Shown: positions 1 to 8,374 of the stretch, piece after piece
Layout of the letters: each line of letters opens with the position of its first letter
How positions within the stretch are numbered: position 1 is the stretch's first letter
Assembly: GCA_964646765.1 (NCBI GenBank)
Contig: CAZYIA010000001.1
Location: 341,621 to 405,620, forward strand
Direction of reading: 5' to 3'
Source of the DNA: an uncultured Candidatus Saccharibacteria bacterium
GTDB taxonomy: Bacteria > Patescibacteriota > Minisyncoccia > Phycocordibacterales > UBA9973
Length of the DNA: 64,000 bases
Made by a program: the position numbers and the translations under genes
The notes under the pieces: generated by a model
Databases searched by the model: none
The model's input: the letters and a program-made list of their open reading frames with translations, nothing else
Told to the model about the DNA's origin: nothing

Positions 1-466
1 ATATGGTGTGGCTGCTCACTTTGCGTACAAGGAACGAATTAAAATCGACAAAAAATCTGACCAGTACGCCTGGATCGAACAACTTAAAAACACTCAGGAA
101 GGAATTATTGATACCGAAGAATTTTTCAGCTCACTCAAGATGGATTTTTTTAAAAACCGAGTATTCGTGTTTACCCCACTTGGAGACGTTATCGACCTTC
201 CTGAAGGTGCTTCGGTGCTCGACTTTGCCTACAGCGTTCACTCTGATATCGGCAACCACGCAAATGGGGCAAAAGTGAACGGAAAATTTGTTGCTCTCGA
301 CACCAAACTTCATAATGGCGATATTTGTGAAATCACAGTCCAAAAAACCGCCAAGCCTTCTTCAAAATGGCTCGATTTCGTAAAAACCTCTATTGCTCGA
401 AACCGCATAAAACAAGCACTTAAGGGTAAGTCACTTGCTGATAAATTTCGCGACTTTCTTCGTTAA
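1..466 (+). CDS. (p)ppGpp synthetase/hydrolase RelA/SpoT family, C-terminal part with TGS domain. The 5' end is truncated by the window edge.
   Basis: ORF 8..466 contains a TGS-like segment, VFVFTPLGDVIDLPEGASVLDFAYSVHSDIGNHANGAKVNGKFV. The reading frame continues to the window start with no upstream start codon. Confidence 0.6.
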   Translation, partial: YGVAAHFAYKERIKIDKKSDQYAWIEQLKNTQEGIIDTEEFFSSLKMDFFKNRVFVFTPLGDVIDLPEGASVLDFAYSVHSDIGNHANGAKVNGKFVALDTKLHNGDICEITVQKTAKPSSKWLDFVKTSIARNRIKQALKGKSLADKFRDFLR

Positions 467-1500
467 AGAGAAAAGTTCTTAATGTTGTAGAGATCGGTGT
501 CTTCTTCTGACTGTTTCTTTTCTTCAGCTGAACGATCATCGAGTGCCACTTCCGAAATAGCCTCTGCTACTGGTAGCGATGCCGACTGTTCACCAATAGT
601 TTCTTCCTTTTGAGGTGCCGCTGGTGTAACTGTAGCTTCATATTTTGCCATCAAGTTGACATCACCCACTTTCTCACGATTAGCCTCCATAAGCGTCACG
701 AGAGTTGAAAGATCGTCGTTTGAGAAGAAGTCGATAGTAATTGAACCACCAGTTTCGCGCTTTTCTACATGTACTCGTGTACCAAGCGTTTCTTGCAATT
801 TACGTTCTACTTCCAGAACTTCTGGATCAACGACATATTCTTTCTTACGTACTTTATCAGTAGCAATGCGACGAGAAATGCGTTCTGCTTCACGAACACT
901 AATCTTCTTATAGAGAATTTCTTTAAACAAAACTAGTTGCTCTTCTGGTCGATCCCCAAGCATCATAAGAGGACGAGTGTGACCTTCAGTGATTTTTCCT
1001 TCAGATAGAGCATTGAGAATTTCTTCTGGAAGTTGCAGTAAGCGAAGTGTGTTTGCCACATACTCACGACTCTTCCCTACTTTTTTACCAATTTCAGCAT
1101 GAGTGAAATGAAACTCATCAACGAAGCGAAGAAATGCTCGAGCACGTTCAACAGGATTAAGGTCTTCACGTTGGAGGTTTTCAATAATGGCGAGCTCAAG
1201 TTTAGCCATTGCATCATCACCGGTTCGTATGATAACTGGAACTTGAACGAGCCCTGCAAGTTTTGAAGCACGCAAACGACGTTCACCAGCAATCAATTCA
1301 TATTCAGTAACAAGACCACCATCTTCTTTGACTCGCTCAACACGAGAAACAACCAGTGGCTGAAGCACCCCATACTGACGAATTGATTCTGCAAGATCAC
1401 GAAGTGGGCCTTCTTGGAATTCGCGGCGTGGCTGGTAAGGATTTGCCTTGATTTTGTCGGTTTCGACAAAGAAAATTGAGTTGGAGTACAGATTCGACAT
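463..1500 (-). CDS. parB: Chromosome partitioning protein ParB/Spo0J
   Basis: ParB N-terminal box ELIAGERRLRA plus an HTH region. The protein is 345 aa. Confidence 0.85.
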   Translation of the reverse strand: MSNLYSNSIFFVETDKIKANPYQPRREFQEGPLRDLAESIRQYGVLQPLVVSRVERVKEDGGLVTEYELIAGERRLRASKLAGLVQVPVIIRTGDDAMAKLELAIIENLQREDLNPVERARAFLRFVDEFHFTHAEIGKKVGKSREYVANTLRLLQLPEEILNALSEGKITEGHTRPLMMLGDRPEEQLVLFKEILYKKISVREAERISRRIATDKVRKKEYVVDPEVLEVERKLQETLGTRVHVEKRETGGSITIDFFSNDDLSTLVTLMEANREKVGDVNLMAKYEATVTPAAPQKEETIGEQSASLPVAEAISEVALDDRSAEEKKQSEEDTDLYNIKNFSL

Positions 1501-1573
1501 GGGGCGATTGTAGCATATTTATCAAATGAGAAAAATTGTTATTTTTTCTATTTTCAGTAGAATAATGCTACTT

Positions 1574-1656
1574 GCCCAGGTGGCGGAATGGTAGACGCGA
1601 TGGACTCAAAATCCATTGATGGCAACATCATGAGAGTTCGAGTCTCTCCCTGGGCA
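1574..1656 (+). tRNA. tRNA-Leu(CAA), type II with a long variable arm
   Basis: Acceptor stem GCCCAGG/CCTGGGC. Anticodon loop CTCAAAA. T-arm GAGAG-TTCGAGT-CTCTC. The cloverleaf was folded by eye. Confidence 0.85.
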
Positions 1657-1659
1657 CAT

Positions 1660-2091
1660 ATGGAAAAGGATACTAATGTGCATTCCCACCTGGGAGTATA
1701 TGCTCGTATTTTTCGAGATGGAGATAAAAATGAACTCTTGGTTATAAAAAAAATAAGAGGTCCATATACAGGATTGTACGACTTGCCAGGTGGTAGTTTA
1801 GAGCCCGAGGAACTAATTGAAGAAGCTTTAAGACGAGAAATTTACGAAGAAACTGGCTGCGAGATTTTAACTCAGGAACAATTAGGTAGTGGGAGTATTC
1901 GCTACAAATACAAAAATAACGACACTCAATCAGTACTGAGACATATCGGTATATTTTTTGAGGTAAAAATAAAAGGTACTCCTAAAGAAGATACAGACAA
2001 CCAAGATAGCGGTGGTTGTATTTGGATTCCAATAGAGAGACTCACAAAAGAAACCGCCACACCGTTCGTACTTGAAATACTTACTAAATGA
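1660..2091 (+). CDS. NUDIX hydrolase
   Basis: Nudix box GSLEPEELIEEALRREIYEETG. The start was moved to ATG 1660 so that the gene does not overlap tRNA-Leu. Confidence 0.75.
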   Translation: MEKDTNVHSHLGVYARIFRDGDKNELLVIKKIRGPYTGLYDLPGGSLEPEELIEEALRREIYEETGCEILTQEQLGSGSIRYKYKNNDTQSVLRHIGIFFEVKIKGTPKEDTDNQDSGGCIWIPIERLTKETATPFVLEILTK

Positions 2092-2999
2092 ATTTAGCTA
2101 GAAAACCAAAACTCATCGCCATTGTTGGCCAAACGGCAACAGGCAAAACAGCTCTTGCAATAAAGCTTGCAAAAAAAATTAATGGCGAGATTATTTCGGC
2201 TGACTCACGCCAACTATATAAAGGTTTAAGACTGCTATCGGGCCAACCAACCAAAAAAGAAATGAGTGATATTCCCCATCATCTTCTGGGTACTGAAAAC
2301 CCAAAGAGGATTTTTTCGGTCGCCTTGTATCAAAAGAAAGCGTACAAAATAATCGACGATATTATTGCTCGCGGCAAAGTTCCAATCCTCGTTGGCGGAA
2401 CAGGCCTTTATATTGATGCAATTGTGAAAGGCACCGTACTTCCAGACGTTCCTCCGAATCCTAGACTTCGTCAAAAACTCCAAAATAAATCTAATTCTGA
2501 ACTTTTCTCTATTTTACAAAAACTTGACCCGCGACGAGCAAATGAAATTGACCATCATAACCCCGTTCGTTTACTGCGAGCGATTGAAATAGCGCAAGCT
2601 ATCGGCAAGGTACCTGAAGAAAAGTATGAACCGAGATATAACGTACTCAGTGTTGGTGTCACCATTCCTGAAAAAATACTTTCGGCAAAAATAAAAAAAC
2701 GTATTAGCGAACGACTACAGAAAGGTATGCTTCGAGAAGGAGCGAGACTACACAAAAATGGACTTTCGTATAAACGACTTGAAGCCCTTGGTTTAGAGTG
2801 TCGCTTTACCTCACTATTCCTACAGAAGAAAATAACTAGGAGCGAGTTTGAGAAAGAACTTTTTACAGCAACTCTCCAATACGCCAAACGCCAAAAAACT
2901 TGGTTTAAAAAAGGAACAACTATCTGGATTCCACCAAAAACCTCAGTTCTTCTTCCGATGGTACTTAATTTTCTCTTCAAAAATCTTTCTGTCTTCTAG
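2088..2999 (+). CDS. miaA: tRNA dimethylallyltransferase MiaA
   Basis: P-loop IVGQTATGKT followed by ISADSRQLYKGL, which is the typical IPT-family N-terminus. Confidence 0.85.
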   Translation: MNLARKPKLIAIVGQTATGKTALAIKLAKKINGEIISADSRQLYKGLRLLSGQPTKKEMSDIPHHLLGTENPKRIFSVALYQKKAYKIIDDIIARGKVPILVGGTGLYIDAIVKGTVLPDVPPNPRLRQKLQNKSNSELFSILQKLDPRRANEIDHHNPVRLLRAIEIAQAIGKVPEEKYEPRYNVLSVGVTIPEKILSAKIKKRISERLQKGMLREGARLHKNGLSYKRLEALGLECRFTSLFLQKKITRSEFEKELFTATLQYAKRQKTWFKKGTTIWIPPKTSVLLPMVLNFLFKNLSVF

Positions 3000-3680
3000 A
3001 TCGGCGCGAGCACGAGTAAGCATTTCGCTTACGGTATTTGGCTTCACCCGCGCGAGAACGATAGGATACGCAAGAAAAATAACTTTTCCAAACTGCGCGA
3101 TTCGATTTGAGAGAAAATTATCTTCGAGCCAGTAAGTTAACCCGGAAGATTCTTTTAGTCGAAAGAGTTCTTCGAAACCACCAACTTTTTCGTATGCACT
3201 TCGGCGTACAGCAAAACTGGGACCCCAAAATTCCGGATCACGTTTGATACAATTTTTATTCCAAAGGAGAATTTGCGCGATAGTTGATGCAGGCACAATA
3301 AGCGCATTACCAGTGTAGATAACCGGAGAACCTACACCAACAACTTCTTGGTCTTCAAACTCCTTAGTTAGAGCTTCTACCCAATTTGAAGGCACAACAG
3401 CGTCACCATCGGTTGAAAGAATGATATCGCCCGTAACCCGAAGAAACCCTTCGGCTCGGGCATAGGCGGTACCTTTCGGACCATTATATTCATCAAGAGT
3501 AAGCCAAGGAAACTTTTTAGCGATCTCCACGGTTTTATCGGTACAGTTATGAGCTACCAGCACAACTTCGTTAGGTTTTTGTGTTTGCTGTTCAATTGAC
3601 CGCAGACACCGCTCAATCAGCTTTTCTTCATTGTGGGCAATCAGAAATACAGATACCTTTGGTATAGTTGGCGTTACCAT
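2943..3680 (-). CDS. Family 2 glycosyltransferase
   Basis: GT2-like segments VSVFLIAHNEEKLIERCLRSI and DGD. The start was trimmed to an internal Met to avoid overlap with tRNA-Trp. Confidence 0.65.
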   Translation of the reverse strand: MVTPTIPKVSVFLIAHNEEKLIERCLRSIEQQTQKPNEVVLVAHNCTDKTVEIAKKFPWLTLDEYNGPKGTAYARAEGFLRVTGDIILSTDGDAVVPSNWVEALTKEFEDQEVVGVGSPVIYTGNALIVPASTIAQILLWNKNCIKRDPEFWGPSFAVRRSAYEKVGGFEELFRLKESSGLTYWLEDNFLSNRIAQFGKVIFLAYPIVLARVKPNTVSEMLTRARADLEDRKIFEEKIKYHRKKN

Positions 3681-3709
3681 CACAATAGTATATACTCTCG
3701 ACGACATTT

Positions 3710-3780
3710 GGGCGATTAGTTTAGTGGTAGAACAACGGTCTCCAAAACCGTTGGCGGAAGTTCGATTCTTCCATCGCCCG
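3710..3780 (+). tRNA. tRNA-Trp(CCA)
   Basis: Acceptor stem GGGCGAT/ATCGCCC. Anticodon stem ACGGT/ACCGT with loop CTCCAAA. T-arm GGAAG-TTCGATT-CTTCC. Confidence 0.8.
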
Positions 3781-3935
3781 CGATAGTGAGCCAACTGCTT
3801 GGCTCACGTGGAAGGATCGAAAGGCTTTTCCATACGAGGCTCTGCGAGGCGGAAAAGCACCTGCTGGTGTAATCGACGATTCTCCTCGCCCGCACAAAAT
3901 AGAAAAAGCCCCTCTCAGGGCTCTTTCTTGTAGCT

Positions 3936-4097
3936 TTATTTTGATTGCTTGAAAACCACGTGCTTGCGGAGCTTTGGAGAGTACTTTTTGAGTTCAAGCT
4001 TGCGCTGAATACCTTTCTTACTCTTCTTTGGCTTCTTAGTATAGAGGGTTTCCTTGCTCTCTTTACTGGTGATTTTGATGACGTTATCTTGAGACAT
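3936..4097 (-). CDS. rpmG: 50S ribosomal protein L33. This is a short ORF that is absent from the supplied ORF track.
   Basis: Manual translation gives MSQDNVIKITSKESKETLYTKKPKKSKKGIQRKLELKKYSPKLRKHVVFKQSK. The motif KLELKKY.PK.RKH is L33-like. The Cys4 zinc ribbon is absent. Confidence 0.65.
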   Translation of the reverse strand: MSQDNVIKITSKESKETLYTKKPKKSKKGIQRKLELKKYSPKLRKHVVFKQSK

Positions 4098-4117
4098 GGA
4101 AGGAATGTAACACACTT

Positions 4118-5140
4118 TTAGAGCCTTCGCAAGCGATTACGAACGTACTCGATAATAAAGTTTTTCACATATGCGAGCGGGCGAATCACCAAGTCGTGCG
4201 CATGAAGATACGCAAAGTCTTTTCCGCCAAATCCTCGTTTAAAAATCGAAATTGGGTAAAAACGATGCTTGATTTGCCCAAGAGGAGCGACACCCCAGAA
4301 GTTGTGCACTTTGATTCCACGACGCTTTGCCTCTCGTATTGCTTCCCATTGGATCATGTACGCTCCTGGATGCTTACGGCCCGCCTCGGTACTTGCACCA
4401 TAATGATATGCAGATTCAGTGCCATAAAAAATAATAAAAGCGTAAGCTAAAACATCACTTCCAAGTGTTGCTGTATAGAGCACTGCATGGCCACTCTCGG
4501 TAAAAATTTTGAATTGCTCATGTAAAAATTCGTAGCTAAACGGCACAAAGCCTTGGCGTTTTGCCGTCTCACATTGCACATCATAAAACGGACGAATAGC
4601 ATTAGGGTCAGTTGTTTGCGATACGGTAATTCCCTCTTTGATACCTTTTCTAATTTCTGCTCGAGTTTGCTTACGCATGTTCGCCATCAAAGCCTCTTCA
4701 TCAAGCGTAATATCGAGCTGTGAAGTAAGTTCAGCGTGTAAATGCGATGGAGCTCCTCGGAAACCAAGACGAGAGAAGAGTGCTCTCGTTTCTGACGTAT
4801 CTTCAATTTGTGGTCTGACGCGAACAAATGCGGCCTGCTCTTTGTGAGCGACCTCTTTCATAGTCGCAAGAATAGCAGCAACAACCTGATCATTATGCCA
4901 ATCAATAATTGGCCCCGCGGGAACCGTTACATAGATTGCCCGACGGGACTTCTCAACCACAAGAAGCATGACACCCACAAGCTTTTCGTTATCATAAAAA
5001 CCAAATCGATGAATGGATTTTTTTAGTGCCTTATGAAACTCACCCCAGTACCACGAATGCAAGAAGTTGGCTTCAGGCCGCGTAGTAAGAAATGTTTCCC
5101 ATTCTGCCTTATTGATTATTTCTTTTGAGAGGATTGCCAT
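4118..5140 (-). CDS. FemAB-family peptidoglycan interpeptide bridge aminoacyltransferase
   Basis: FemAB/FemX-like sequence over the full 340 aa. It lies next to other cell-wall genes. Confidence 0.7.
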   Translation of the reverse strand: MAILSKEIINKAEWETFLTTRPEANFLHSWYWGEFHKALKKSIHRFGFYDNEKLVGVMLLVVEKSRRAIYVTVPAGPIIDWHNDQVVAAILATMKEVAHKEQAAFVRVRPQIEDTSETRALFSRLGFRGAPSHLHAELTSQLDITLDEEALMANMRKQTRAEIRKGIKEGITVSQTTDPNAIRPFYDVQCETAKRQGFVPFSYEFLHEQFKIFTESGHAVLYTATLGSDVLAYAFIIFYGTESAYHYGASTEAGRKHPGAYMIQWEAIREAKRRGIKVHNFWGVAPLGQIKHRFYPISIFKRGFGGKDFAYLHAHDLVIRPLAYVKNFIIEYVRNRLRRL

Positions 5141-6294
5141 GTCGTTACGTATTTGCTGATATACTCTGCGATTTCTGGAGTAATTCCTATGTGCGTCGGC
5201 AGGTTCATGCTCTTTGTCGCTAACTGCCGCGCCCCAAGGGCTGTGTGGCCTTGATCAAACGCGGCCCAGAATCGTTTCGGCGAAACAGGGACATCATACC
5301 AGATATCAGAAAGATAGATGTTTTGTGAATGAAGATAAGCAACGAGAGCACCACGGTTGTCAATGACAAGCGGAAAACGTAGGCACGTAGAAAATGGAGT
5401 GAGAGGATTAGAACCAAAATACTTTTCATATACACCAGCAATTGTTCGACGATGTTTAAGCTGTGCCTGTAGCTCATTGAATCGCAATAAAACTAATCCC
5501 GCATACCAACCTGGCAACCCTTGGACTGGAGATTTTTCTAGTGTCGCAACCGGTTTTGGAAATAAACCGATGAGTGCAAAAAAACGGTGAAGTATTTTAC
5601 CGAGACCAAATGAATATGTTTGACGAACTAAAAGCGTAACTAGAGGATATAAACGGTCACGCAATTGTTGCTTAAAGGATACAGAAGTAAAAACAGGAGG
5701 TTCTAGGGTGAACTTTGTATTTCGAATAACTAGCGCTCCCCCGGAAACCGCATCGAGAATTTTATCTTGAGAAAATGAAAATACGACGCAGTCGCCAACC
5801 GTACCCATGACTTTTCCATTTACATATGTTCCCCCAACACTGTGAGCAATATCCTCAATGAGCACAAGATTTTTCTCAGCGCAGATTTTCTGAATTGGCT
5901 CAATATCGGCAGGATATCCCAACGTATTTTGGATAATAACAGCTTTGGCATCTGGATGAACTACGAGAACGTTAGCAAGTTCTTGAGCGGAAAAGTTAAC
6001 GTTTGGAGCGGTAATATCAACATACACTGGCACAAGCCCTGCATGCGAAACAGCAATAACTACTGCGGCACAAGTATACCCGGAGACAATAACTTTTGAC
6101 TGCGGCGGCAACTTTGCCGCAAGGAGTGCGAGCGTTAGAGCTTCACGGCCTTTATAGGTAAGATACGCTCTACCCCCATACTCTCGCTCTAAATATGCAC
6201 TAAGCATTTCCTTATTATTTTCAGCACGCGCAAAAAACGTTTGCCAGGCAAACTGCCACGTATAATTTGATCCAATTGAATTAAAAACCACCAT
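5116..6294 (-). CDS. DegT/DnrJ/EryC1/StrS family PLP-dependent sugar aminotransferase
   Basis: The family-typical layout is present, including FSFSQDKIL, which carries the putative Lys that binds PLP. Confidence 0.7.
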   Translation of the reverse strand: MVVFNSIGSNYTWQFAWQTFFARAENNKEMLSAYLEREYGGRAYLTYKGREALTLALLAAKLPPQSKVIVSGYTCAAVVIAVSHAGLVPVYVDITAPNVNFSAQELANVLVVHPDAKAVIIQNTLGYPADIEPIQKICAEKNLVLIEDIAHSVGGTYVNGKVMGTVGDCVVFSFSQDKILDAVSGGALVIRNTKFTLEPPVFTSVSFKQQLRDRLYPLVTLLVRQTYSFGLGKILHRFFALIGLFPKPVATLEKSPVQGLPGWYAGLVLLRFNELQAQLKHRRTIAGVYEKYFGSNPLTPFSTCLRFPLVIDNRGALVAYLHSQNIYLSDIWYDVPVSPKRFWAAFDQGHTALGARQLATKSMNLPTHIGITPEIAEYISKYVTTWQSSQKK

Positions 6295-7000
6295 GACTGA
6301 GAAATGATTGTACCTGATTAAAAACTTCTTGTGGATGCGTTACATGCGGAGAATGTCGTGCACCGTCAATAATTACAAGTTGGGAGTTCGCAATTCCCTC
6401 CTTAAAACGGTATCCATCGGAAAGTGGAGTGGAACCGTCATTCTTACCCCAAATAAGTAACGTGGGTGCTGTAATGGCTTGAAACACCGGAGCGAGGTCA
6501 ACACTGATCAGATTCGCCATGGTTTTACGCATTACTGGCGTAGCTTTTTCGTAATCGTGCTCGCGAGCCAGTTTATAGAGAATACGGCGCAAAAATTCGA
6601 TGCTGCCCAACAGCTTGCCGACACTCGCCAGAGTGCCAAAGATTGCACGCTTCAGACGAATGCGGAAGTCGTTGTGATATATACCCGCCGCTCCAATCAG
6701 TATAAGCGCGCGAACTTTTTCGGGATATCGGCTGGCAAACAATGTACTAATTCTTCCTCCGTTGGAGTGTCCCAACAGAATCACTGGTTCCGTTTCGTCT
6801 TTCAACGTATCTTTGAGCCACACAACATAATCATCGAGCGTCCACGGCCGATCAATTGGTGCGGTAAGTCCGGGCACCGAAAGAAGTACTGGCGTATACC
6901 CCGCTTTCGTAAGAAGTTCATAAAACTCTTTCCAGCCACTCGTGTCATAAAGCCAGCCATGTACGATATAGATTTTTTTTGTTTTTTCTAAAGCCCCCAT
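6281..7000 (-). CDS. Alpha/beta hydrolase
   Basis: Nucleophile elbow GHSNGG. The overall length and pattern fit the alpha/beta hydrolase fold. Confidence 0.6.
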   Translation of the reverse strand: MGALEKTKKIYIVHGWLYDTSGWKEFYELLTKAGYTPVLLSVPGLTAPIDRPWTLDDYVVWLKDTLKDETEPVILLGHSNGGRISTLFASRYPEKVRALILIGAAGIYHNDFRIRLKRAIFGTLASVGKLLGSIEFLRRILYKLAREHDYEKATPVMRKTMANLISVDLAPVFQAITAPTLLIWGKNDGSTPLSDGYRFKEGIANSQLVIIDGARHSPHVTHPQEVFNQVQSFLSHGGF

Positions 7001-8253
7001 TGTGCTCGACGATCATCCCAAATCTTTCCGCGACGGCAGAGAAGATTTCGATCGTTTGTATTATACAAAAGATGTTCGATCACACCTTCAAGAAACCGGG
7101 CTCCTTTAAATAAAAGTGCTTCACCTCCCTGAATGTTTTTTTTGAGATACTCTAACGCTTCTTTTGGCGTTTCAAATGAGACTATATCTTTCGCGAAATC
7201 TGATTTAAAAAGTATTGGGTAGGTATACTCATGCAGCCGTGGTCCAACGAGCACAACGCGCTCAGGTGCAAAAGCAATGATATGCTGGGCGAGTTTTTCA
7301 TGCTCTTCGCGCTCATAGGCACCGAGCTCAATCATGTCGCCCAACACCAGCCACTTATGTTCGGCTGGATACTCTTTAAACAGAGTAAGCATGGCAACCA
7401 TACTCTTAAGCGACGCATTGTATGAACTATCGATAATGGTAAGGCCGTTAATTCCTTGTAGAATTGTCCCTCGAGACGGCGGCAAGTGGAAACCTGGAAA
7501 TGACGGATTGAAAATAATTCCTAACTCGCTGCAAAGTAATTTCGTCATACAAACAGCTACTGCGACTTCTTTCGGTACCAGCGCCGGAACTTGTATTGTT
7601 TCCCCATCTTTAAATATGAAATGAGTTTCAGATTTTGTGAGCTGATAGGAAGAAAGTTCTTCGCTTGGTCGCATCTCAATAACTTTTTTTGCTTTGGTCC
7701 GAGAAAGTTCTCCAATGATTTCTGGAACATCCCCATTCACCAACACTAGATCTTGTGTTTTTTCTATAAAATATCCAAACTCATGCGCAGTTGCTTGCTC
7801 GATAGTCTCACCTTGTTTTGATACAAAATTGCGACTATGTGTTCTACTCAAACTTCCCCACAAAGTTATGTGTGGACGAAGCAGCTCTGCAAGAAATTGA
7901 CCTTCTCGCGGTCGCTCACAGTCAGCTTCAACAACATATATTTTTTCTTCAGGAAGTTTTGTAAAAAGTTGGAAAGGTGCACGAATGAAAAAAATCGGCC
8001 ATTCGATGAGGCTAAATGATTTTCGTTCCAATCCTAAAATATGAAATGGAATGCCAAAAGCGCTATTGGCATGATGAGAATAGATCGCCTTACCGCCAAA
8101 TTGCGTTTCCACCATATGGAGCAAGGTTGTTTTGCCAGAAGAGCCAGTAATGACAATGATTTTGGGCTGCCAATGGCGAAGTCGAATTGCAGCAAAAAAA
8201 CGGAAATATCCGGCAACAAAAAAATAGAAAAACCGCTTTAGCCTCGAAACCAT
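6988..8253 (-). CDS. Mur ligase family protein (MurF-like)
   Basis: P-loop IIVITGSSGKTT plus Mur ligase middle and C-terminal-like regions. Confidence 0.7.
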   Translation of the reverse strand: MVSRLKRFFYFFVAGYFRFFAAIRLRHWQPKIIVITGSSGKTTLLHMVETQFGGKAIYSHHANSAFGIPFHILGLERKSFSLIEWPIFFIRAPFQLFTKLPEEKIYVVEADCERPREGQFLAELLRPHITLWGSLSRTHSRNFVSKQGETIEQATAHEFGYFIEKTQDLVLVNGDVPEIIGELSRTKAKKVIEMRPSEELSSYQLTKSETHFIFKDGETIQVPALVPKEVAVAVCMTKLLCSELGIIFNPSFPGFHLPPSRGTILQGINGLTIIDSSYNASLKSMVAMLTLFKEYPAEHKWLVLGDMIELGAYEREEHEKLAQHIIAFAPERVVLVGPRLHEYTYPILFKSDFAKDIVSFETPKEALEYLKKNIQGGEALLFKGARFLEGVIEHLLYNTNDRNLLCRRGKIWDDRRAQWGL

Positions 8254-8295
8254 AGAGACATCCTAGCATGAAATGCTATACAATGATGCGCACTG

Positions 8296-8367
8296 GCTTC
8301 CGTAGTTGAATGGATACAATATCTCCCTCCGAAGGAGGAGGTCCCGGTTCGATTCCGGGCGGAAGCA
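8296..8367 (+). tRNA. tRNA-Arg(CCG)
   Basis: Acceptor stem GCTTCCG/CGGAAGC. Anticodon stem TCTCC/GGAGG with loop CTCCGAA. T-arm CCCGG-TTCGATT-CCGGG. Confidence 0.75.
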
Positions 8368-8374
8368 CTCGGAT

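Noticed and set aside
3716-3997. Minus-strand 93-aa ORF
   Set aside because: It overlaps tRNA-Trp and the rpmG 3' end. The real features there are the tRNA and L33.
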